Assembly (NCBI GenBank): GCA_965602785.1
Contig: CBFDAH010000002.1
Coordinates: 1-63,326 of the forward strand
From: an uncultured Syntrophobacterales bacterium
GTDB lineage: Bacteria > Desulfobacterota > Desulfobaccia > Desulfobaccales > 0-14-0-80-60-11
Direction: 5' to 3'
Length of the DNA: 63,326 nucleotides
Under the pieces are notes generated by a model. The model was not told the origin of the DNA. It ran no database searches and worked only from the letters and a program-made list of their open reading frames with translations. This document shows positions 56,208-63,326 of this stretch, one piece after another (the stretch's first letter is position 1; every line of letters starts with the position of its first letter). The translations under genes and the position numbers were made by a program.

Positions 56208-56816
56208 ATGGCGAACCTGCTAACTTGGGACAACCTTTCAGAAAGAAAAAAAATCTTGCTGCCAACCATCCTATTTATACTTGCGGCTTATGGGATTTAC
56301 GCCCTCATAGTAGCCTGGTGCCGGCGGCAGAATTATCGTTTTCAAAGGACGCAGGCCAAGGCGAGGCCCCGCTGGGTAACCCTGGCTGGAGGGGCCATAA
56401 TTTTGGGATTCACCCTCTGGCTCATTTTCTGGCTGACCCCGCCTACCCAGGGTCAGAAAGTCAGTCTGGCGGGAATTCTGGGATTGACCGAGGGCGAGGC
56501 TCGGCTAGCAAGCAAAGCCGCACCCCATAAGCCACTACCGTCGCTCAGACAGCAACAACCGGGCGGTGAGCCGGTCTATGCTCATTTGCACCCAACGAGT
56601 CCGCCTACTCTTTCGCCTCCCACCAAGCCCTCGACGGGGACGAAGTTACGTAAACTCAAGAGGAAGCGGACTTCGGCCTTTAAATCTAAAAAGGCCAAGG
56701 TGAGGTCAAAGCGTAAGAAAAAAGGCAGGGCGTCCACTAAAGCCACGAGAAAGAAAAAGAAAACCTCCCGGGGGTCGACCAAGTCTTCGAAAAAAGCGCG
56801 AGGCAAAACCGGCTGA
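56208..56816 (+). CDS. Membrane protein with a Pro-rich linker and an extremely Lys/Arg-rich C-terminal tail
   Basis: Two TM segments, then ...TKLRKLKRKRTSAFKSKKAKVRSKRKKKGRASTKATRKKKKTSRGSTKSSKKARGKTG. No clear ribosome-binding site at the ATG. Confidence 0.45.
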   Translation: MANLLTWDNLSERKKILLPTILFILAAYGIYALIVAWCRRQNYRFQRTQAKARPRWVTLAGGAIILGFTLWLIFWLTPPTQGQKVSLAGILGLTEGEARLASKAAPHKPLPSLRQQQPGGEPVYAHLHPTSPPTLSPPTKPSTGTKLRKLKRKRTSAFKSKKAKVRSKRKKKGRASTKATRKKKKTSRGSTKSSKKARGKTG

Positions 56817-56946
56817 ACCAAAACCTCGGGGTGTCACCCTGGTCAAATTAAGGAAGGTAGGTGTTCGTCCCTCTCCAGGGTCGGGTCCGGGACTTGAGAG
56901 CTCACTCCCGGGCTCCCTGCACAACGTTTTCCCATAGGGCTGGCGC

Positions 56947-58551
56947 TTGAACCAGTCATCCCAGGACCACACCGGAAAAATTGCCCGAGCGGCCGGCTCC
57001 ATGAGTGTGGCCGTCTTCTTAAGCCGTATCCTGGGCCTCGTCCGGGAGCAGGTGTTTGCCGGTCTTTTCGGGGCCGGTTACGCCATTGACGCCTTTGTCG
57101 TCGCCTTCCGCATTCCCAATCTGCTCCGGGACCTCTTCGCCGAAGGGGCCCTGTCCACCGCCTTTGTCACCGTTTTCACCCACTATGACCAGCGGTTAGG
57201 ACCCGAACGCACCTGGCGGCTGGCCAACAACGTCATTGTTTGTCTTGGCCTCCTGGTGGGGGGGATCAGCCTCCTGGGCATCATCTTCTCCCCCCAATTG
57301 GTGAGGCTCATGGCCCCGGACTTCGGCCTGGTGGCAGGGAAGCTGGAACTCACCGCGGCCATGACCCGGATCATGTTTCCCTTTCTGCTTCTGGTGTCCC
57401 TGGCGGCGGTGGCCATGGGCATCCTGAACACCAAGGGGAAATTTTTCATACCCGCCCTGGCCTCCAGCTTTTTCAACCTGGGCTCCATCGTGGTAGGGGT
57501 GAGCTTTGCCCTGATTTTGCCGCGCTTTGGGGTTCCCGCCATCGTGGGCATGGCCATAGGCACCCTGGTGGGGGGTCTTTTCCAGCTGTTAATTCAAACC
57601 CCCCAGCTCCGGCGGGTGGGGTTTCGGCCTCAGGCGGTCTTCGACTGGCGGGACCAGGGCCTGCGCCAGATTTTCAGGCTCATGCTCCCAGCGGTGGTGG
57701 GCCTGTCCGCCAGCCAGATCAACATTTTCATCAACACGTTCTATGCCTCCAGTTGCGCACAGGGGAGCATCTCCTGGCTGAATTACGCCTACCGCCTGGT
57801 GCACCTGCCCCAGGGGCTCTTTGGGGTGGCTCTGGCAGTGGCCACCCTGCCGGTGGTCGCCCGCTTTGCGGCGCACCGGGACCTGCCTGCCATGAAAGGG
57901 GCCTTCCAGTCCTCCCTGTCTCTCGCCATGCTCCTTTCCCTACCGGCCGCCGCGGGCCTCATAGCTCTGGCCGAGCCCATTATCGCCGTTATTTTTCAGC
58001 ATGGACGCTTCACCGCCTGGGACACGCAGCAGACCGCAGCCGCTCTGACCCTTTACTCCCTGGGGCTTGTCGCCTTCGCCGGGGTGAAGATCCTGGTTCC
58101 CGTATTCTATGCCCTGGATGACACCAGGATCCCGGTCTTGGGGAGCTTCCTCACCGTGGCCGCCAACCTGGTGGTCATCAATCTGACCCTGGCGTCCTTG
58201 TCCCACCGGGCCATCGCCCTGTCCACCTCTGTCAGCATGCTGTTTAACCTCCTGTTCCTGGCGGCCGTGCTGTACCGCAAGGTGGAAGGCTATGAGGTGG
58301 GAGCTCTTCTCTCCACCCTGGCCAAAGTCACCGGCGCCTCCATAATTATGGCCGGGGTGGTTTACGGGGCGCACACCTTTGCCATTGCCAGGCTGGGAAG
58401 CGGCCTGCTGGGGCAAATTCTGGCCCTGGCCGGGGCCATCTTTCTGGGGATGGTCCTCTATGTGGCGCTGTTATGGCCGCTTCAGATCCCCGAGTTCCAC
58501 AACCTGGTGGAGCAAGTACGCTCCCGCTTGCGGAGGGATGGGGCGGGGTGA
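56947..58551 (+). CDS. murJ: Lipid II flippase MurJ (MviN)
   Basis: MSVAVFLSRILGLVREQVFAGLFG and a 14-TM MOP-family profile. TTG start assumed. Confidence 0.9.
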   Translation: MNQSSQDHTGKIARAAGSMSVAVFLSRILGLVREQVFAGLFGAGYAIDAFVVAFRIPNLLRDLFAEGALSTAFVTVFTHYDQRLGPERTWRLANNVIVCLGLLVGGISLLGIIFSPQLVRLMAPDFGLVAGKLELTAAMTRIMFPFLLLVSLAAVAMGILNTKGKFFIPALASSFFNLGSIVVGVSFALILPRFGVPAIVGMAIGTLVGGLFQLLIQTPQLRRVGFRPQAVFDWRDQGLRQIFRLMLPAVVGLSASQINIFINTFYASSCAQGSISWLNYAYRLVHLPQGLFGVALAVATLPVVARFAAHRDLPAMKGAFQSSLSLAMLLSLPAAAGLIALAEPIIAVIFQHGRFTAWDTQQTAAALTLYSLGLVAFAGVKILVPVFYALDDTRIPVLGSFLTVAANLVVINLTLASLSHRAIALSTSVSMLFNLLFLAAVLYRKVEGYEVGALLSTLAKVTGASIIMAGVVYGAHTFAIARLGSGLLGQILALAGAIFLGMVLYVALLWPLQIPEFHNLVEQVRSRLRRDGAG

Positions 58552-58662
58552 GTGGGCTGGTTTAGGGGAAAAAGGGGAGGGGGCGGGCCGAGGGACCACT
58601 GACTCCCCGCCCTGGGGCAAAGAAGCCCTGTCACTATAAATTCTCTACCTTGCCCCATTTCA

Positions 58663-58715
58663 CGGTAGCACGGGCATCTTGCCCGAGCAGCACGGGCTGG
58701 AAGCCCGCGCTACCG
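58663..58715. repeat. Composite hairpin repeat: outer stem CGGTAGC/GCTACCG enclosing two CGGGC..GCCCG hairpins
   Basis: CGGTAGCACGGGCATCTTGCCCGAGCAGCACGGGCTGGAAGCCCGCGCTACCG. Confidence 0.7.
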
Positions 58716-58903
58716 TATATGTGTAAGGGGTTGGGGAGATGGCTTGGAAAGAGGCGAGGGGCATGAGTCGCCAGGGCAAATAATGATAGGCACAGCCCGA
58801 TAAAATGAATAATCCCCTTTAGACCCCAGACAGCAGAGGCGAGAGTCTTAGGGAGAAGTTGGTGGCAAAGGTGTCTCGCCTGTGTGAAATCTCACGAAAA
58901 ATA

Positions 58904-59458
58904 TTATAGGAATTTCCCGTAAGCTCGCAGGGTTTCCCATAGATGGCGGAAGTATGCCACCGCCTGAGGGTCCCGGTGACCGGGGCTCCAAAGGTGGGCC
59001 GCCAGTCCCATATGGGCCAGGCCGTAGTAGGCTAGGACAAACTGCCCCACCGCGATGTAGCCGGTGGCGAACTGCCCCACGCCAAAGTACAAGGCCCCGG
59101 CGAACTGGGCCAGGGCGGTGAACCCGAAGATGAACTGGCCGAAGCCAAAGAGCAGTCCGACGCCGAACTGGGCCACGGCGATAAGACCTATGGCGAACTG
59201 GCCGATGGCAATGACCCCTTTGGCCACCCGCCGCCTGCCCCGGGCGTCCTTGCCGAAGGCCACGTGGACGAGGGGATACCCTGCGTAGGTCCGAGTGGAC
59301 CGCCACTCAAAGCCGGTCCCCTGCCAGGCCGGGTTCCCCGGATGGGGCACACCGCAGTGGGGACAGGTCTTAGCCGAGTCGCTCACCTCCTGGCCGCATT
59401 CCCGGCAGCTCACCAAACCCATACCTGTATTCTCCGGTTTACCAAGGTAATCGTCCAC
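58904..59458 (-). CDS. Zinc-ribbon protein with a hydrophobic decapeptide-repeat (GQFA) domain
   Basis: CRECGQEV...CPHCG zinc ribbon, then about 6-7 tandem 10-aa units such as GVIAIGQFAI, GLIAVAQFGV, GLLFGFGQFIF, GFTALAQFAGA and LYFGVGQFATGYIAVGQFV. Confidence 0.6.
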   Translation of the reverse strand: MDDYLGKPENTGMGLVSCRECGQEVSDSAKTCPHCGVPHPGNPAWQGTGFEWRSTRTYAGYPLVHVAFGKDARGRRRVAKGVIAIGQFAIGLIAVAQFGVGLLFGFGQFIFGFTALAQFAGALYFGVGQFATGYIAVGQFVLAYYGLAHMGLAAHLWSPGHRDPQAVAYFRHLWETLRAYGKFL

Positions 59459-59487
59459 CCCACGGTAAACTAAAGGAAAATTAGCTT

Positions 59488-59544
59488 ATAGGGCGCCTCA
59501 GGCGCGCCAAACAAGACTCGCCTGGTGCGTAAGACGCACCCTAC
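59488..59544. repeat. Two hairpin units, including an exact inverted copy of the unit at 25772-25792
   Basis: TAGGGCGCC-TCA-GGCGCGCC, then GGTGCGTAAGACGCACCCTAC (59524-59544), which is the reverse complement of GTAGGGTGCGTCTTACGCACC. Confidence 0.8.
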
Positions 59545-59655
59545 GAAAGGACCTTCGAAGCAATGGCTGAAGGAAAAACCGTGCCGGTTATCAAAAAACG
59601 CCGTTATTAAAGAATGAATCCCCTTGCAGGGCCACGGGCAATTTTTCCGGTGGTC

Positions 59656-59907
59656 TCAGTGGAAGTCGATTTCGTCTTTTTCCGCGGTGAATCCTGCAGT
59701 CTGCTGCACCCCACAGCAGGTGAAATCAGCCTGCCAGTGGACAAAAAAGCCGTCCGCCCCCATCTGCCGGGGTTCTATGGGCCGCCAGGCGCCGCAATGC
59801 TCGCACCGGGCCTCATAATTTTCCCCTTGTATCCTTATGTGGGCCATGGGCTGTGGCTGTTCTCCTGGGGAGACGGCGTCATTGAGAGAGAAATACGTGG
59901 AGGCCAC
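59656..59907 (-). CDS. Small Cys-containing hypothetical protein
   Basis: 83-aa ORF, or 63 aa from the internal MAHIRIQ, with CEHC...CC. A 113-aa ORF on the opposite strand is compositionally worse. Weak call. Confidence 0.3.
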   Translation of the reverse strand: MASTYFSLNDAVSPGEQPQPMAHIRIQGENYEARCEHCGAWRPIEPRQMGADGFFVHWQADFTCCGVQQTAGFTAEKDEIDFH

Positions 59908-60233
59908 TTAAATAAATCGGTTGTAAAAGTAACCGCGAGGCAGACTAGTTCTTAGTTCCCAAAGTTAGCGATTATTAAAAAGACGTTTTTATTCCCCCCT
60001 TTTTTAAAGGAGGGTTAGGGGGGATTTGTCTATCCGCTTGAAAATCCCCCTAAATCCCCCTTTTTCAAAGGGGGACTTATGCCTTCCTTATCTTTAAGGA
60101 TGCGCTCAATTACTTATGCTGATTTATGCTAGCCGCCCGCGGGTGTCAATATTCTGGCACCGGCGAGGGCGCCGTAGCTACCTTCACATTGACGACTTGA
60201 GACATTTTTTCAGAGGTCTCAAATTTAAGATAA

Positions 60234-60502
60234 TCGCTTATGTTTTTAGCTCCGCAAAAAGCTTGGCAGAGGCAAGCTTGGACTGTTTAAGCTTAAAGAG
60301 CCCAAAAGGAATCTACTTCAGGTGTCGCCCCCCTCACCCCATCCCTCTCCCCCCGCCGACGGGGGGAGAGGGAGAAGAGCTTATGGTGAGCCAGGGCCAG
60401 GCTCAAGTTCCTGCCTTTTTCCCTCTCCCCAATGGGGGAGAGGGTTAGGGTGAGGGGGAAGTCAGTCGTGCTGAGATAGGTCGGAGCTAAGGGCATAAGC
60501 GT
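60234..60502 (-). mobile_element. MITE copy 2 (269 bp), inverted relative to copy 1, flanked by a perfect 10-bp direct repeat
   Basis: TTTAAGATAA occurs at 60224-60233 and again at 60503-60512. The ends are TCGCTTATGTTTTTAGCTCCG ... CGGAGCTAAGGGCATAAGCGT. Confidence 0.85.
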
Positions 60503-60540
60503 TTTAAGATAAATAAAAGAATTATCCAGGTGAGGGCTGA

Positions 60541-60867
60541 TCATTTGCCCTGCTGCGCCACCGCCAGGGCTTTGTTGGCCCACCGCGCCAACTCGTCCCG
60601 ATCCTCCAGCACATCTTCCGGTATTTCCCAATACGGCATGATGGTTTTCTTCTCCGGGTAGGGCCGAAAGGGTTTGGAGCCGGCAGCCTCAAAGTCCGGC
60701 CGATTGGCATCGCCGACTTTCAAGTAGAGGACATCGTCGGCAATAAGGCTAAACATGGTGCCTTGGCAGTAGAGCCCCGCGCCGCCAAACATGCGCTTGG
60801 CCCGCACCTCCCCCCAGGTCGACAATTGGTCCAGTATGTATTCCAGGAACTCGTCGCTCACCGGCAT
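60541..60867 (-). CDS. TfoX N-terminal domain protein
   Basis: EFLEYILDQL...RAKRMFGGAGLYCQGTMFSLIADDVLYLKV is the typical TfoX_N pattern. Confidence 0.75.
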   Translation of the reverse strand: MPVSDEFLEYILDQLSTWGEVRAKRMFGGAGLYCQGTMFSLIADDVLYLKVGDANRPDFEAAGSKPFRPYPEKKTIMPYWEIPEDVLEDRDELARWANKALAVAQQGK

Positions 60868-61020
60868 GACCCCATCATAGCAGAAGGCGTCCCGGAAGGA
60901 CAGGTGAGCTGCCCTGGTGGAGTTGCCCTTTCCCGCGCCATCCCATTTCAGTGAAATTCAGGCCATACCGATGATGGGAACGCTTCGCCCTCCAATGGGC
61001 TGCCAGGACAATTTCTCCTC

Positions 61021-61048
61021 TTGACATAGTGGGTTTCTCCTCTATGAT
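61021..61048 (+). promoter_or_regulatory. Sigma-70-type promoter candidate for the purF-like gene
   Basis: TTGACA (61021-61026), a 16-nt spacer, then TATGAT (61043-61048). Confidence 0.5.
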
Positions 61049-61114
61049 TCAGCTACTCTCTTAAAACGGAGTGCTCCATGGCGCTCTCGGGAGAAAACCA
61101 GAAAGGGCAGGCTC

Positions 61115-62491
61115 ATGAAGGAGATTCGGGATAACTGCGGGGTGTTCGGCTTGTATGCGGAGGGGCCGTGCGCTTATGAGATTTACCAGGGCATCGACCT
61201 GTTGCAGCACCGGGGCCAGGAGTATTGCGGCATTGCCACTTTTGAAGGCCAGATCCACCAGGTCACCCATCACGGCAAGGTCTTGAATAGCTTTACCGAC
61301 CGGGATCTGGCCTCGCTGCCGGGCAACTGGGGTATCGGTCACGTGAGCCTGAAAGAACGCCAGCCGGTGAAATGGCATTCACTCTTGGGTGAAATTGCCC
61401 TGGCCTTCAGCGGCAATATCATCAACGCGGATGAGATCACCCGGGAGATGATGGAGGAAGGCACGACCTTTTGGCGGGCTTACAATATAGAGATCATCTC
61501 CAAAATCGTCCTGGGGAAAAAAGACCTGGTGGCCGGCATCGCCACCCTGGCGGATAAGATAAAAGGGGCTTATTCTCTGCTTATATTATCCCGCGATGGA
61601 ATCTACGCCGCCCGGGATGTGTATGGCTTCCGCCCTCTCATTTTTGGCCAGGGGCGGGGGAAGTATGCGGTCTGCTCCGAGTCCCGTGCCTTGCAGAATT
61701 TAGATATGGAGGTGGTCCGTGACGTGGAGCCCGGGGAGATCATTCTCATCAATGAACATGGATTTCACAGCGTGAAGCAGCTTCCTTCTCCCCGACAAGC
61801 CCACTGCGCCTTTGAATGGGCCTATACCGCCAGCATGGACTCCTGCATCGACGGCCTCTGCGTCCTGGAGGCCCGGAACAATTTGGGGGCCCGCCTGGCC
61901 CAGAGAGATGAGGAGGAGGGTAACGTGGACGCCGATCTGGTGGCCCCGGTGCCCATGAGCGGCATCGGCCACGCCATCGGTTACCACATGCGCTCCAACC
62001 TCAACTACCAGGAGGTCTTTTTATACAACCGCTATGCGGACCGAAGTTATACCCAGGCTACCCAGGTGGCCCGGGAGCGAATGGCCAAGCGCAAGCTGTC
62101 GGTGCTGCACCACGCCGTGAAAAACCGGCGCATCGTGCTGTGTGATGACTCCATCGTGCGGGGCACCCAAATCCTCAACAAGGTTCATGACTTGAAAAAG
62201 GCCGGGGCTCGGGAAGTGCACGTCCGGGTAGCCTGTCCCCCGTTGATGTACCCCTGCGATTTCGGCATTTCCACCCGCACTTATGAAGAACTGTTGGCCC
62301 GGCAGTACTTCCACCAGGGAGACATTACTTCCATGGATCAGTTGCGGGAGATGGAAGCCTGGGTAGCGCAAAGAATCGGGGCCGATTCCGTCAAGTACAA
62401 CAGTCTCGAGGCCTTTGTGGAGGCCCTGGGCCTGGCGCCCTGGTCTCTCTGCCTGAAATGCTGGGACGGCCTCAGACCCACGGCAAGCTGA
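61115..62491 (+). CDS. purF: Amidophosphoribosyltransferase (PurF-like, with a short N-terminal propeptide)
   Basis: Ntn catalytic Cys in MKEIRDN-CGVFGL, PRT motif IVLCDDSIVRGTQ and Fe-S-type Cys context CPPLMYPCDFGI. Confidence 0.8.
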   Translation: MKEIRDNCGVFGLYAEGPCAYEIYQGIDLLQHRGQEYCGIATFEGQIHQVTHHGKVLNSFTDRDLASLPGNWGIGHVSLKERQPVKWHSLLGEIALAFSGNIINADEITREMMEEGTTFWRAYNIEIISKIVLGKKDLVAGIATLADKIKGAYSLLILSRDGIYAARDVYGFRPLIFGQGRGKYAVCSESRALQNLDMEVVRDVEPGEIILINEHGFHSVKQLPSPRQAHCAFEWAYTASMDSCIDGLCVLEARNNLGARLAQRDEEEGNVDADLVAPVPMSGIGHAIGYHMRSNLNYQEVFLYNRYADRSYTQATQVARERMAKRKLSVLHHAVKNRRIVLCDDSIVRGTQILNKVHDLKKAGAREVHVRVACPPLMYPCDFGISTRTYEELLARQYFHQGDITSMDQLREMEAWVAQRIGADSVKYNSLEAFVEALGLAPWSLCLKCWDGLRPTAS

Positions 62492-62597
62492 AAAGTCATC
62501 TAGAGGGAGGGGGCTAGTGATTGGCGGCCTCCCTCCCTCCCCCTCCCACAAGCTCCTTCCCCCCCTCAGACGGAAAGCCTGGGCAGGGGTATTTTCT

Positions 62598-62648
62598 GTA
62601 GCCGCAGGCTTTAGCCTGCGCCTCCACAGGCGAGACGCCTCTGCCACC
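62598..62648 (+). repeat. GTAGCCGCAGGCTTTAGCCTGCG unit with its 3' extension
   Basis: GTAGCCGCAGGCTTTAGCCTGCGCCTCCACAGGCGAGACGCCTCTGCCACC. Compare with 27650-27700. Confidence 0.8.
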
Positions 62649-62703
62649 TGCCATAAACTCTATTTTCAAGTCCTCCCATTTGGAATGGGTTTTCAGCCGG
62701 CCA

Positions 62704-63204
62704 TCAGGAAGGGGAGGGTGCCGGGGCGCGCCGGACAAAAGGGAGGCCCCAGTCCTGCAAGGTGGCGGCGATCTGCCCCACCAGGAGCTCCAGTTTCTCC
62801 TGCAGGACATCGGTCAGCTCCAAACCCACCTCCAGGGATTGGGGCTGGATGCCCAGGAGGCAGACTTCTTGGGGTAAAGCATCCAGGAGCCGGGCGGTGG
62901 CCAGGACCTCCGCCAGTCCCAAGTGATGCAGAGAGCCCTTGCTTTTGCCGAAGGCCTGGGGAATGGCCTCGTTTTTCAGGATCCCGATGAAGCCCGGTGC
63001 CTCCCCGAAGTCCACCGCGTCCACGAAGAGCACCCGGTCCCGGCCCTCCAGGAAAGGCAACAGGTCCAGACCGGCGGTGCCGCCGTCCACGATGTCGAGC
63101 TCCGGGGGGACCTGGTAGTGCTCCTGCACCACCTTGATGGCATGGACGCCCACCCCTTCGTCCCGCATGAGGATATTTCCGAGGCCGATAAGTGCTACTT
63201 TCAT
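62704..63204 (-). CDS. Hydrogenase maturation endopeptidase (HyaD/HybD/FrhD family)
   Basis: MKVALIGLGNILMRDEGVGVHAIK and DGGTAGLDLLP. The start is at 63204; the track ORF extends to 63240. Confidence 0.8.
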   Translation of the reverse strand: MKVALIGLGNILMRDEGVGVHAIKVVQEHYQVPPELDIVDGGTAGLDLLPFLEGRDRVLFVDAVDFGEAPGFIGILKNEAIPQAFGKSKGSLHHLGLAEVLATARLLDALPQEVCLLGIQPQSLEVGLELTDVLQEKLELLVGQIAATLQDWGLPFVRRAPAPSPS

Positions 63205-63326
63205 GCGAACATCATATATTTTTTTTACTGTCCCTAACAATAGCAGGTATCGTTATTTTTATCAAAGTTCTATTTACCCTGATAATTCTCGAGAGATATT
63301 ATTTTAAAACATGCGTCCTGTCCCAT

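Overview
GC-rich bacterial chromosomal window. It looks like a diderm anaerobe of the Deltaproteobacteria/Thermodesulfobacteriota type, because it carries LpxC, MurJ, hopanoid genes, sigma-54 regulators and a hydrogenase maturation protease. That taxonomic guess is inference only. Most of the window is densely packed core genes. These include lpxC, mtaB, mnmA, an orphan ParA, aconitase, an aldehyde dehydrogenase, an rpoD-like sigma factor with a DksA-type protein, the holB-PSP1 block, guaA, lon, two tandem CNNM/CorC genes, larC, murJ and a purF-like gene. There is a hopanoid cluster (shc-hpnA-hpnH followed by a GT39 glycosyltransferase). There is also a flagellar basal-body operon (flgB-flgC-fliE-F-G-H-I-J plus an MgtE_N/FlbB-like gene) preceded by two sigma-54 enhancer-binding proteins. 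I see no rRNA, tRNA, CRISPR array, prophage, transposase or recognisable defence system. The main non-coding finding is that almost every long intergenic gap is filled with several unrelated families of short hairpin-forming repeats. One of these is a ~270-bp MITE with terminal inverted repeats, present in two inverted copies about 47.5 kb apart; one copy has a perfect 10-bp target-site duplication. The candidates I rate highest for novel biology are listed here in no strict order:
- a flagellar regulatory module with no adjacent histidine kinase: a canonical-receiver EBP with a GAFTHA loop, then two co-translated secreted proteins behind a sigma-54 promoter, then a pseudo-receiver EBP, then a sigma-54 promoter for flgB
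- an orphan ParA overlapping a small protein with a basic N-terminus, divergent from a PilZ gene
- a GT-C glycosyltransferase embedded in the hopanoid cluster
- a frameshifted ECF-S/QueT-like transporter gene
- a zinc-ribbon protein built from decapeptide GQFA repeats
All calls come from reading the supplied translations and the DNA by eye. No database search was run.
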